IMG/VR virus record: IMGVR_UViG_2593339199_000003
Span: 1 to 64,000 of that record
Length of the DNA stretch: 64,000 nt
From: a virus
Lineage: Duplodnaviria > Caudoviricetes
Direction: 5' to 3' (one strand)
Each line of letters opens with the position of its first letter. The stretch's first letter is position 1. Shown piece by piece: positions 35,202 to 45,600 of the stretch. The translations under genes and the position numbers were made by a program. Under the pieces are notes generated by a model. It saw nothing but the letters and a program-made list of their open reading frames with translations. It was not told the origin of the DNA and made no database searches.

Positions 35202-36455
35202 CTATGCCGTGAACTTCTCAAGGAAATCGTTAAACCCCTTGAGGGAGTCTGGTGTCAGATCCTGCAGCGTGGCCGTTTCACTCTTGAGGAAATCGCGGAT
35301 ATACGGATTAAGCTGGTCGTCTGTTGCGAGCTTCAGCCGCTGACGATGCGTATGCGTCCGCATGATCTCCGCTTGATTCCATTCAGTCGGGATGGCGCTT
35401 GGGCCTTGGTCGGCCGGCGCGGCTTGCTCCGCTTGTGCAGGAGGACCATACTGCGTAGCTTGCGGCTGTGCCTGATAACCCTGCGGCTGTACGTTCCCTT
35501 GCGGCTGCACGTCCCCTTGCGGCTGTGCGCTTGCCTGCGGCTGTGCTTGGTAGCCCTGCTCCTGCGCGGTGTTTGGCTGCTGCGGCATGTTCTGTTTGTC
35601 CCACTGCGCAGCTTCCGGTGTGCCTTCGTTATGCGGGTTGAACGGGAAGTCATTCGGATTCATCTCGAAGTTTCCGTTGGCCTGCTGATTCACGTCTACT
35701 GCCCAGGATTGTTGCTGCTGTTGCCCTCCCCAACCATTTTGCTGTTGGTTAGGAAAGGGCACTACGTTTCCCGAGTTCTGTCCACCATAACCAGATTGAT
35801 CCCAGCCGCCCTGCTGCTGCTGGTATCCGCCTTGCTGGCCCCATCCTTGTTGTTGCTGACCGCCATAGCCTTGCTGCTGTTGCTGGTTGCCCCATTGCTG
35901 CTGGCCTTGCTGTTGCTGCTGGTACCCGCCCTGTGGCTGACCGAACTGGTAATTCGGATCTTGCTGCATCTGGCTATACTGCTGATCGTCTTCCATATCG
36001 ACTTTAATCTTCGAGTAGATTTCTTCGCCGACACCGAACATCGAGGCGCATTTAACGAGACAGTTGGACGCCGCGGCTTTGTACGCCGAGTCCTGATTGT
36101 CCTTGCCGCCAATCGCGATCTTACATCCGTACTGCTCGCGGTATCCGAGGCCCGGGATGAACAGATAGCCTTTGACGTGATACACGTAGCCGTCGAACGT
36201 CCAGTTCGTGGTGTTCTTCTCGTTGCGGTATACTTCCTCCCGCCACTGATGAAGCAGGCCGGAATCCCAATATGTAACTCCGTCTACCGTATGATCGAGA
36301 ATCTGGCGGACCGTGTTGACCCCCATGTATTTGCTGTCCGGCTTGTTGCGGCCGCCTGGCTTCGTTTCGAGCCATTCGTCCTTACAAGCCTTCAGCGATT
36401 TTCTCATGCTGCTAATCTGCTCTAGCGACGGCAGATATTTTTCAATGACTTGCAT
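35202..36455 (-). CDS. Rad52/Rad22-like ssDNA annealing protein with long Q/G-rich linker
   Basis: KPGG..YM..VRQILD..REQYG..AYKAAASNCLVKCASMFGVG; GAGGAG RBS. Confidence 0.8.
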   Translation of the reverse strand: MQVIEKYLPSLEQISSMRKSLKACKDEWLETKPGGRNKPDSKYMGVNTVRQILDHTVDGVTYWDSGLLHQWREEVYRNEKNTTNWTFDGYVYHVKGYLFIPGLGYREQYGCKIAIGGKDNQDSAYKAAASNCLVKCASMFGVGEEIYSKIKVDMEDDQQYSQMQQDPNYQFGQPQGGYQQQQQGQQQWGNQQQQQGYGGQQQQGWGQQGGYQQQQGGWDQSGYGGQNSGNVVPFPNQQQNGWGGQQQQQSWAVDVNQQANGNFEMNPNDFPFNPHNEGTPEAAQWDKQNMPQQPNTAQEQGYQAQPQASAQPQGDVQPQGNVQPQGYQAQPQATQYGPPAQAEQAAPADQGPSAIPTEWNQAEIMRTHTHRQRLKLATDDQLNPYIRDFLKSETATLQDLTPDSLKGFNDFLEKFTA

Positions 36456-36511
36456 GCTTTCATCTCCTCGCTGTTTTATTATGCCGCAAGTTGCAACATA
36501 GTTCAAGGATA

Positions 36512-36533
36512 ATAATGTAATGCATTACATTAT
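36512..36533. promoter_or_regulatory. Palindromic operator at the replication-operon promoter
   Basis: Perfect 22-bp ATAATGTAATGCATTACATTAT right after minus-strand TTGCCA-17-TACTAT. Confidence 0.85.
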
Positions 36534-36574
36534 AATAGTAACATGCGGGAGTCGCTATGGCAAGCTTAGACACG

Positions 36575-36620
36575 AAAAAACACGAGGTTTCTTGAGATTA
36601 CTCAAGATCCCTCGTGTTTA
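36575..36620 (-). terminator. Terminator after the holin genes
   Basis: AAACACGAGG..CCTCGTGTTT with inner TCTTGAG/CTCAAGA, then T-tract on the minus strand. Confidence 0.7.
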
Positions 36621-36634
36621 CTCTGATTTTCGTT

Positions 36635-36919
36635 TTAAGCCTTCGCTTCTGCGGACTTGAAGATGCCGACCAAGTTGTAGAATTTGACGGCAATATCGAT
36701 GCAGCGTTCGGCGATCGCCATAACGTACTCCTTGGATACTTCCATCGTCATGACTTTAGCCAGCTCGTCATAAGCGCCGGCAACCGAATCGAGCACGGCT
36801 TGCTTCTTCGCGTCGCCATTGCCATCGACCTCGAAAGCTTTGACCAGTTCCAGGACCAGGATCAGGATGCCCGGCGTAACGGTCAGGTACTGCAGGATAG
36901 ATTTAAGCTTCTTGCTCAT
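36635..36919 (-). CDS. Holin-like protein (LL-H type pattern)
   Basis: One hydrophobic helix, then GDAKKQAV..IDIAVKFYN. Confidence 0.5.
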   Translation of the reverse strand: MSKKLKSILQYLTVTPGILILVLELVKAFEVDGNGDAKKQAVLDSVAGAYDELAKVMTMEVSKEYVMAIAERCIDIAVKFYNLVGIFKSAEAKA

Positions 36920-37424
36920 CGTCTCCACTCTCCTTTTTACTTCTGGTGCGCGATGAAGTCGCGCGTTTTTGCTTCGCGTTGATTTCCGACTGAACGCTCT
37001 TGATGATGGCTTTCGGTATCCATTTCTCCCATCCGGCGCGGACGGAGTTTGCGGTTAAGCTGTTCCAGGTATGAAAGATAAGGCCGGATGTGACGCCGTA
37101 AAAGAAGACGCCTGGAGTGTGAAAGACGAAATCCAGCATATTAGCTGCTGCCGGGAAACATAGGATGAAGATCGTCCGGAGAATACCATTGATCCCGTAT
37201 TCAGAAGCATAGCTGCCGTCCTTTTTGGAAGCTGCGACACCGCTGATCCAATCCATAAAGATGAAAAATGCATAGATTCCGATTAAGGACATTCGGTCCT
37301 CCCCACTCCCGTAAATAACTTCAGCCCCTGATCCGATAAGGGCACCGAGCGCAGCGATGACTAGCTTTACGGGCGTGACGATGCTTTCGACATCAAAGGG
37401 TTTGTTGGTGATAAAACGCTGCAT
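36903..37424 (-). CDS. Phage holin (toxin secretion/phage lysis holin family)
   Basis: FIFMDWISGV.AS....SEYGINGILR..SLTAN; several TM segments and basic tail. Confidence 0.85.
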   Translation of the reverse strand: MQRFITNKPFDVESIVTPVKLVIAALGALIGSGAEVIYGSGEDRMSLIGIYAFFIFMDWISGVAASKKDGSYASEYGINGILRTIFILCFPAAANMLDFVFHTPGVFFYGVTSGLIFHTWNSLTANSVRAGWEKWIPKAIIKSVQSEINAKQKRATSSRTRSKKESGDDEQEA

Positions 37425-37440
37425 TGAACCTGCCTCCCTT

Positions 37441-38673
37441 CTATCTGGAATAATTGATCTTTACTGCGTGCAGACAAGGGTTTACGCCATTGTAAGGGAT
37501 CAGTTTCGTTCTGACCCACAGCCGCACAGCAGACTGGCCGGACCATTCGGTGTTACGGATGGGTGTCAGCATGCCGTCATCCATTTCTTTCAAGATGTCG
37601 TATTCCAGAACTCGTCCTTCAAGATCATGATCCAGATCAATTCCGAATGCCGTGCGATTCAAGAAGACGTGCTCGACGGATTCAATATTGTACAGGCCAT
37701 CCATCTCGAAAGGTGTCAGGATGATACCACCTCCCGGCTCGAATAATGAGAGGAAGACGCCGATCTCTTGTGCGCCCAAGATGAAGACCTTCTTCCCATT
37801 TATATCAAGGGGATTCTTCTGGACGAGCGTGACCCGAATCTTCTGCACCGGCACGCTGCTGAATACCCAGCGCTTGCGCGGCGAATATTCGTAGCTGCTG
37901 ATGGCAGCCAGATCCTGCTGAAGGAAGCCGTCAATCTGCTGCCAGGCATTCTGGTACTGGATCTCGACATTCTTGATTTGTACGCCCCGCTCCGGATGCG
38001 GATGGATCGTAATCTCATTGATGTTCAAGTTGTTCACGAGATGGCTCGGAAGCGTAAGCTCAATGATGACGTCCTCTTGATCCGGGCAGTCGGCGAAGTT
38101 GTAAGTGACCGTCCGCTGCCAGTAAGATTCATTATCCCCGTTGAAGCAGTTCAGCAGGTTGTTGTCTACTACCGTGCCCTTTGTGTTGGTCCGGCCGACC
38201 TTCAATTCAAGCTCACTTGGAATGACGACTTCGCCCGTCTTCTCGTTGACCGTATGCGTCTTCGGGATGAGGTGAATCAGCGGAACCAGCGCGCAGCGGT
38301 TCTGCATGTCGATATCGCATCGCAGCGATGTGTCGCCGTTCTCTTGGGAGATATTCGGATAGGCTGCCGTCATGTCATGGATGAAGCCGGTCTTAAAGAA
38401 GATCGGATCATACGGCGCAGAAGCCTCCATGTTCAGCAGCTTCGTTTCGAGGTCGCCCATTCGGCGCTCGAGCATCATGATGTAGTTGCCGAGCGCCGTG
38501 TTCTCCGCGAGCACGATCTGATGCGCCTCCGTGAGACTCTGGAGATTTTGGTTACTCTGTCGATACAGCTCCACCATCTCCAAGTATTTGTCGTCTTCAT
38601 TCTGGTTGTAGGCTTGGGAAGAAGTGGGGCCGCGAAAGCGGGCCCCTCCTCCTTTACTGGTAGGCATTCTCAT
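37441..38673 (-). CDS. Putative structural protein, paralogue family member
   Basis: RFRGPTSSQAYN motif, coiled coil, beta-rich body (FNGDNESYW). Confidence 0.75.
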   Translation of the reverse strand: MRMPTSKGGGARFRGPTSSQAYNQNEDDKYLEMVELYRQSNQNLQSLTEAHQIVLAENTALGNYIMMLERRMGDLETKLLNMEASAPYDPIFFKTGFIHDMTAAYPNISQENGDTSLRCDIDMQNRCALVPLIHLIPKTHTVNEKTGEVVIPSELELKVGRTNTKGTVVDNNLLNCFNGDNESYWQRTVTYNFADCPDQEDVIIELTLPSHLVNNLNINEITIHPHPERGVQIKNVEIQYQNAWQQIDGFLQQDLAAISSYEYSPRKRWVFSSVPVQKIRVTLVQKNPLDINGKKVFILGAQEIGVFLSLFEPGGGIILTPFEMDGLYNIESVEHVFLNRTAFGIDLDHDLEGRVLEYDILKEMDDGMLTPIRNTEWSGQSAVRLWVRTKLIPYNGVNPCLHAVKINYSR

Positions 38674-40600
38674 AGCGACCATATCTCCTTTCCATCTCTC
38701 CGAGACGTTCATCCATCATCTGCATGCGAGATTTCAGATCAAAGATCCCTGACATCTTCTGTTCTTCCACGCTGAGGGTGACTGTATAAGAAACCAACAT
38801 TATTCCGTTTTGTAATGCATTACGTTCGATTATGAGGTAACCGTCAGAAATATGGAACTGGCCGTCGGCTACTCTTTCTCCATTTAATTGTATCACAAGG
38901 CCTGTATACTGGCTTTCCGGGGTGCCGGGGTTCAGCGGATATGCAGTCTGATCTACAAAAGCTGAGAAGGTTTTTGTTTGAGCAATCGTAATATTTTCTG
39001 CAGGAGCTTCGTTTTCCCCGCGAAACCACGATTCTATTAACGATTGCTGCAACTCCGTAAAGCTGCCGATGTCCACGTATTGCTGGCGGATGTCATAGAT
39101 TTGCTCCTGATGATCACTGAGCACCTTCTCCGATTCCCGCTGACCACGGTAGCGACTGTTGCGCTTCATCGTGTTCGGCAGCTTTGTTGCGTTCTCAGCC
39201 GGGTTATAGATTTCGAGCGGGTACTCCGGTTTCTGCTGCGCGAACCACTTCAGCTCGTAGAAGCGAGTTAGGCTCTGCCCTTGGTCATCCTGAACGACGC
39301 ACTTGATGACAATCGTGTACTTGTTCGTGTCCTTGAAGTCTTGAATGAGCGCCTGCAGGGTATAGTCGGCGCCGGGCCCGCGCGTCAGCGTGTTGCTGTG
39401 CGTCGTCGTCCCGTCCTGGAACTTGAAGCTCTCCCGGCCGACATCGATCGAGAAGCTTTCCGTCGTCCACGTCGACTCCCCACTATTTCGAAACCGAAGC
39501 TTAATGTTGTCCTTGTTCACCGCGTAATCGTTTAGCGTCACAGATGGATTGACTTCAATCTGCTGTGTGCCAAGGTCCAGGAGCAAGGCCTGATCGATTT
39601 CCTTCTTCGGTGCCTCAACAACCGTGATGACAATGGAGTCGTAGGCTTCCTGAGCATCTTCGTTGCGAGCGCCGAATTTGATCTCATACGTGCCGATTCG
39701 GTTGAAGGAGAGGATTGCCGTGCTCTCGTTCTGCGATTGCACGTCCACACCGTAGGGGAAGGTCCACGCGCGCGCGGTGATGATGCCGACCGTCGTCACG
39801 CTGGCATGGAGCTGCAAGCTGCTGCCTTTGAGCAGCTGTTGGCTGTCCTCGACGATATCGACGCTGATCGGATATAAGTCGCGGACGTTCACGATGGCCG
39901 TATCCTGTCCAGTCTGGTTGTCGCTGTTCAGCGCCTGCAGGTTCACCGTGTACGTGCCTGGTTGCGGGAACTCATAGACGGCCTGGGTCATGCCGGCTGA
40001 CTGCTGCACCGCGGCGCTGTCTGCTGACCAGCCGTAGGAAACGATCCCGGCTTCCGTCGTGATCTCGCCGTGCAGCGTGGCCGTGTCACCCTTCTTGATG
40101 TTCAACGTGCTCTCGATGATGTTCACCGTAATGGGATGTATGACTGGCGGATCCGGCGGCGCGGTAGGCGCAGTGTAATCCTCGATGCGGTATTCGGCAT
40201 AGTCTGTCGCGTCCGCATAGCCAATGTACGGCTTCGCATAGTGCGAGTCTGCCTTGGCCTGCGCATACGTCTTTCCGTCCACCCAGCTGCCGATCGCGAC
40301 CGTTAGATTGGATGCGTTCGGGCCGGTGCGCGTGACGTCTTTCACCCAGGACTTCGCGCCGTTATCATAGACGTAGGCAATCGCTAGAATGCCTCCGAAC
40401 TTAGAGCCGGGGCTCGATGGCGGAGGTGCGAAGTTGACAAAGCGCAGCGTAAGATTGTCTGCACTTTTAATCTGCGGGATGATCGTCGAGCCATCCCCGG
40501 CGACGATCCCGGTGCTTCCTTGAATATCGGTGAAGTCTACTTCCACCGGGAAATTGTTGGCATCATCTAAATAAATAAGAGCTTTCTGTATGCTCGCCAT
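38654..40600 (-). CDS. Putative structural protein with two PKD/Ig-like domains
   Basis: SYGW..FPQPGTYTVNL and AWTF..FNRIGTYEIKF; C-terminal RYRGQRESEK motif and coiled coil. Confidence 0.8.
   Translation of the reverse strand: MASIQKALIYLDDANNFPVEVDFTDIQGSTGIVAGDGSTIIPQIKSADNLTLRFVNFAPPPSSPGSKFGGILAIAYVYDNGAKSWVKDVTRTGPNASNLTVAIGSWVDGKTYAQAKADSHYAKPYIGYADATDYAEYRIEDYTAPTAPPDPPVIHPITVNIIESTLNIKKGDTATLHGEITTEAGIVSYGWSADSAAVQQSAGMTQAVYEFPQPGTYTVNLQALNSDNQTGQDTAIVNVRDLYPISVDIVEDSQQLLKGSSLQLHASVTTVGIITARAWTFPYGVDVQSQNESTAILSFNRIGTYEIKFGARNEDAQEAYDSIVITVVEAPKKEIDQALLLDLGTQQIEVNPSVTLNDYAVNKDNIKLRFRNSGESTWTTESFSIDVGRESFKFQDGTTTHSNTLTRGPGADYTLQALIQDFKDTNKYTIVIKCVVQDDQGQSLTRFYELKWFAQQKPEYPLEIYNPAENATKLPNTMKRNSRYRGQRESEKVLSDHQEQIYDIRQQYVDIGSFTELQQSLIESWFRGENEAPAENITIAQTKTFSAFVDQTAYPLNPGTPESQYTGLVIQLNGERVADGQFHISDGYLIIERNALQNGIMLVSYTVTLSVEEQKMSGIFDLKSRMQMMDERLGEMERRYGRYENAYQ
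38811..38824. promoter_or_regulatory. Intragenic operator copy
   Basis: TGTAATGCATTACG (1 mismatch) in an AT-rich patch about 140 bp upstream of the next gene start. Confidence 0.55.
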
Positions 40601-40611
40601 GCCTTGCCACC

Positions 40612-42678
40612 TCATCCCCCAACGAGCTGCAGGGCTGTGATCTTCGGCGTCAGATACGGCGTATCTTCGCTCCGATTGAACACGGCCTGAAGCACGATTT
40701 GATTGTTCGCCGCGTCTTCAGTGTCCACCTCATAGGAGAGCTGGAAGATGCAGTTCTGCGGCTTGTAGTTTAAGACGACCTGACTTTCGCTGATGCTGAA
40801 GTAGTCGTGATTGTTCGGCGAGATATTGTGGTACAGAGAGTGCGTGTCCACGTAAGTCATGGGCGCCAGATCCGCGCGAACCTTTGTCTCCTTCATGAAG
40901 TTGAACTTGCCCAGGTAGGTTTCGTTCGGCAGCTCGCTCTGCGTGAAGTCACGGCGCAGCTGCATGTCGCCCCAGTGATACAAGATCTGAATTTCATTCC
41001 AGCCGACCTTCAGCGTCATCGTGACTTCTTCATTGGTCGGCACCATGCGCTCGCTGTTGACATAAACGGCAAATGCGCCGAGTCGTTTTCGGGTATCGGC
41101 TACAGTCTGAATCACCGCCAAGCTGAGCGGCTCGACGCGGTTCTCCTCGGAATAGATGCAGGCTGTGAACCGGTAGAAGTTGTCGTTTGGTCCGCCGTTA
41201 CTACGGCGCAGACTCAGCGTGTTACCGATCGGCAGGTAGTCTGTGATGACCTGATCCGGCCGGTTTGTCAGCTGCTCCTGCCAGGTGCTGTTCAGCGGGA
41301 CCGTGCCGTCGAATTTTACATACGTCCGCTCGCGGCGCCACTGGTTGATCCCGCGGAGCAGCAGTGGATTGTGGATCGCATCGAAGCTCTCAGGCAGCGT
41401 GCCGTCTCCGGAATCATTCGCCAGCTTGAAGACTTGCATGCCGTTGATGATCTGGCCGGTCGCCTCGCTCTTGTTGAACTCCACGTACTTCACGCCCCGC
41501 ATATTGAACTCCACAACCTTGGCGTACTTCGGCGCGCTATCGTCCTGGGAGCTGATCGGATACCAGACAAGCTCGCTGAAATCCTGCCTATCCTGCATGA
41601 GGGCCACGGCGTAATCGATCGAGGTATTGTACGGAATGTCGTGGCTCGCCTTGAGGCTGACCATATTCAGATTCTGCGTCTCGAACACGAATGGATTCGT
41701 GATGAGGGTGCCAGATCCCAGGTAACTCTTGCAGTATGCCGAGATGTTCTTGGCCCCGAAGTAATAGTTATAGACGCCAGCTGAATTATCGTCATGCTCT
41801 TTCTTCTCATAGACGAATTTGATGGCCCTTACAGTCATCTTCGGAAAACTCCAGACGTCCGAATCTACCACTGTTTTTTGGTTGTTCTTTCCTGGGAGCG
41901 GGCTGAATGTCGTGCCGTCCGTAGACGTCTCCACCTGAATCAGAACCGGCTTGCCGTGATGCGCCACATACTCGATCTCGGTCAGCTCTGTGTCGGTCGC
42001 CAGCTTCACGACGAGCTCGCCGCGAACCGTGCCCGGGCCGCTGGTCTTCAGTACCTGCCACCACGCCGAATTGATATCATCGTCAAAGGCATTGTTCGTG
42101 GACTCCAGTGCGGCCGACTTCACGTTCGGCGTTAATGGGTTGAATTTCGCCTGCGAGCCGACAAGCAGGATCTTCTCGGTGTCGCGCTTATTCTCGCTAA
42201 GCGTGATCGCTTGGTTTATAACATCCACAAAGACCGAGCTTCTTGTTTTATCGACGCGGCTCATATCCGTGAACTGCTCCATCAGCACTTCGCCGCCGGC
42301 GCTGTTTACGAGCAGCAGCTGGTCGATTTTCTTGGCAATAGCCATCAGGTCATGATAGATTTTGCTGCGCTCCGTATCGGCAAATTGAAAGTCGCTCATG
42401 ACTTTCGTGGTCTGCTCGATCGTTGCTTGATAGGCATCGCTGATATCATCATGAATCAAACGGACGTTCTCATTGTAGCTGTCGGCATCCGACTTCGATT
42501 TACGCAGCACGTGCAGCGGCGTAAAGGAGGGGGCTCCGGGAACATGTTCCCGAAGCCATTGGCTAAAATGATACGTAATAGTTTGAAGCGTCGGATATCG
42601 GCCATGCACCAGATAATAGCGAACGATGCGCTCCATCGTTCTGCCGATTTGACTTTGCCGAATGCCCACGGTCGTCAC
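40612..42678 (-). CDS. Putative structural protein, paralogue family member
   Basis: SDADSYN motif, AFDDDINSAWW discoidin-like segment, C-terminal TPKITALQL. Confidence 0.8.
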   Translation of the reverse strand: MTTVGIRQSQIGRTMERIVRYYLVHGRYPTLQTITYHFSQWLREHVPGAPSFTPLHVLRKSKSDADSYNENVRLIHDDISDAYQATIEQTTKVMSDFQFADTERSKIYHDLMAIAKKIDQLLLVNSAGGEVLMEQFTDMSRVDKTRSSVFVDVINQAITLSENKRDTEKILLVGSQAKFNPLTPNVKSAALESTNNAFDDDINSAWWQVLKTSGPGTVRGELVVKLATDTELTEIEYVAHHGKPVLIQVETSTDGTTFSPLPGKNNQKTVVDSDVWSFPKMTVRAIKFVYEKKEHDDNSAGVYNYYFGAKNISAYCKSYLGSGTLITNPFVFETQNLNMVSLKASHDIPYNTSIDYAVALMQDRQDFSELVWYPISSQDDSAPKYAKVVEFNMRGVKYVEFNKSEATGQIINGMQVFKLANDSGDGTLPESFDAIHNPLLLRGINQWRRERTYVKFDGTVPLNSTWQEQLTNRPDQVITDYLPIGNTLSLRRSNGGPNDNFYRFTACIYSEENRVEPLSLAVIQTVADTRKRLGAFAVYVNSERMVPTNEEVTMTLKVGWNEIQILYHWGDMQLRRDFTQSELPNETYLGKFNFMKETKVRADLAPMTYVDTHSLYHNISPNNHDYFSISESQVVLNYKPQNCIFQLSYEVDTEDAANNQIVLQAVFNRSEDTPYLTPKITALQLVGG

Positions 42679-42681
42679 CTC

Positions 42682-45600
42682 TTAAACTGGAGTCAAAGAA
42701 CCACGTTGTTCTTTCCTTATTGTAATGTCTGACAATGTGGTTTGACCAGGATTTTTCAAATTAATATCGCAGATGATCATATACTGCTGCGTCCAGGTTG
42801 CCTTATCCAAGGCAATCGTTTTTAGCAACGCACCATTCGCCGCATTGATAATCTCAACCTGCGGATCTTTGTCCAGATCATCGATCTGCGCCATGGCGTA
42901 CCGGTCCACGACGAGCGTAAGCTTGCGACCGACGAAACCGTCAATCGTGATGATCTCGACCTCATTGTCCCAGGCGGTCGCCGCGGTATGGCTCGTATAG
43001 TCGAAGTTCAAGTAAACGGCATCCGCGCCCTCCTGATAGACGTGATATGTCGCGCCACTGATTGTGACCGTTGGCGAGTTGTAGGCGACATGCTTGGTTA
43101 CGTCTTTGTCGATAAAGGCATGAAGGTCGAGATCGCAAGCGCCGCTGGCCCGGTAACCCCAGCGCAACCGGAACAGCATGTCATAACTGTTCTTAATCGT
43201 GCCTTCATCCGGGCTTCCCCCATCGGTCGGAGGCGGCGAGCAGTCGATGACATTGATGGCGATCGTAATCGACTTGGTTGTGCCGTCCGGACTGGTCGCC
43301 GTAATGACCAGATCGCCGGAGTTGAGCTCGCCGGCATCGTGAGAAATTTCGCCTGAGATGCTGGCGAGCTGCGAGCCGTAGTCACCGAGGATATCCACGT
43401 ACTGGCCGCCGGTCGCGTCCACCAGTGGCTTCAACTGATCCATGACCGACGCATTCGTGGATGCTGTTGGACCGATCACGGAAATCTTGATGCCGCGGCC
43501 TTGGCATGCGCTTGCGACCTCAGCAACCGTATAGGCGCCACCATCGCTTGTGGTATGCACGTGGGCGTCGGTTAGCATGATGATGTACTTGGCCGCATTG
43601 CTACGGAAGTCGAAGCTGAGCGCCCCGTTCGTGCCGTCCATAATCCCTTCGAGTCCGGACTCCGGTTCATCGCCGCCACCACCCACGAGAATGTATTGAA
43701 GCTGCGTCTTGAACAGATCCTTGTTCGTCGTATAATCATTCTTGAAGAGCCGCTCCCCGTAGGTCACATCGCCGAACTGAACCAGGCCGAGGCGGTAATC
43801 TACGCCATCATTGGCAAGCCGTGTGATGAACGCATCCAGGTTATTGGCCACGTTTGTGATGTAGCTCGACATGGATCCGGTATAGTCCACAAGGAAGATG
43901 ATGTCGGCTTTGCCACCAATCGTTGCTCCGCCATCAGTGCCGAATGCAGTCGCCGGGATCGTGAACGCGAAATCCTTATGCGTCCCGCTCCCCGTTCCCG
44001 CATACACCTCCTCGCCGCGGTACGTGGCATTGACCGTCGAAACGCTTGGGTAGATGTCCGCATAGCCGGCAATATTTAGCGGCTCGTTGTTGCACTGTGT
44101 GAGCGAGGTTGGGTCCGCCGATGGAGCCGTCACATGCAGCTCGGGAACCGGGTTCACACCCGTTTCGGGATCGGAGTTATGCGAGCTGTCGATAGGACAC
44201 ACCTGCGACGTGAAGACATCGTAATGCTTGCTGACCACGAAGTCCCCACTTTTGCCGATGCATGGTGCATTGGCATAGTTGCCAGTGACCACCTCGGAAA
44301 TCCATGGCAGATCGCCGATGGCTTTCGGACCACCTTTCATCCACTCCGTATTCTTCGCGCCGGCCGATTTAAAGTTGAGGTTGGTCGCCCATGCCGTCTG
44401 CACGACATCGTAGAAGTCTTTGAACATGACGCCGATTCCCGTCACCTGCAGGTTTGTCTGTCCGGTGCCATTCTTCACCATGACGGATACGCCTTTGAAA
44501 TAATCCGACCAGCCCACGACCACATCAATCGGGCCAGCCTTGGACTGCACCGTGATTTGCTCCGTCACAAGCCAGGACAGCGGCACGATGACTGTCTCCA
44601 GATCATTCGTGATGTCGCTATAATACTGGAACGCCACCTTATCCAGCAGCAAGCAGTTGCGAACCGGATTTTTGGTTGGATCATACGGCTCGACCGGTGG
44701 CTGCGTCGGATCATTCGGTGTCGTCTGGCCCTCATCCGGATTCAGGAGCTGCTTATTGATTGGACACTGGTTGATGTTCCAATTGCCGCCGAATGAGAAG
44801 TTCACGTAATCGTTAAGCGATCCAATGCTCGGGCTTGCCGAGTAATCGCCATTGTTTATGATCGGCTTCGTCCAGTTGTCCGTCGTCTTGGTCGAACCAT
44901 CGCCAAGCATCAGATCGGCGTTCTTTACCCCGTCCGTCTGCTTAATGATGCTCGCAGCCCATGTTGTCTTGCTCAGGTTCTTCTCGTCCAGATAATTGAT
45001 GGCGATGGAGCTGAGCTGGAATCCATAGCCGGTTGTGTTCGTTCCTGCCTTAAACCAGGCGATGATGCCGTTGCTTGATCCCCAGCCGAAGGTCACCTTC
45101 GCGCCGTTGCCATTGTCGATTTCATACGGCAGCCAGTCGGATGGAATGTCGAGGGGGATGATCGCTTGCTGCGTCGCATCGAAATACTCGATGTGTAGCG
45201 AGTCGAACAGCAGGCAGTTACGGGCATTCGGTTCTTCATCGGCCGGCAGCTTAGTCGAGATCACGAAGCTGTCCGAAGCTTGGCGGCCTTGATCATCGAA
45301 ACCTTTTACCTCGACAGCAATCGTGTCACCCGCTTCATAGCCATCGGTCGGCAAACTGAAGCGGAAGGACTTCTCATAGCCCACCGCGGATGTAACCGTT
45401 GGCAGACTATAGTCGGTATGGTCCACTTCGGTTCCGTTGACGAACACGACCGCTTTCGTAATCGGATAGGCGCTATCAACTACGCCGAGGACCACGATAT
45501 CCTCACCCTTGGGTACGCTAGTTGGCTTCGGGCTGATCGTAACTTTGATCGGTTTGTCGCCTGGGTGTGGGTCGGTCGGGTCCGTTGGATCATTAGGATC

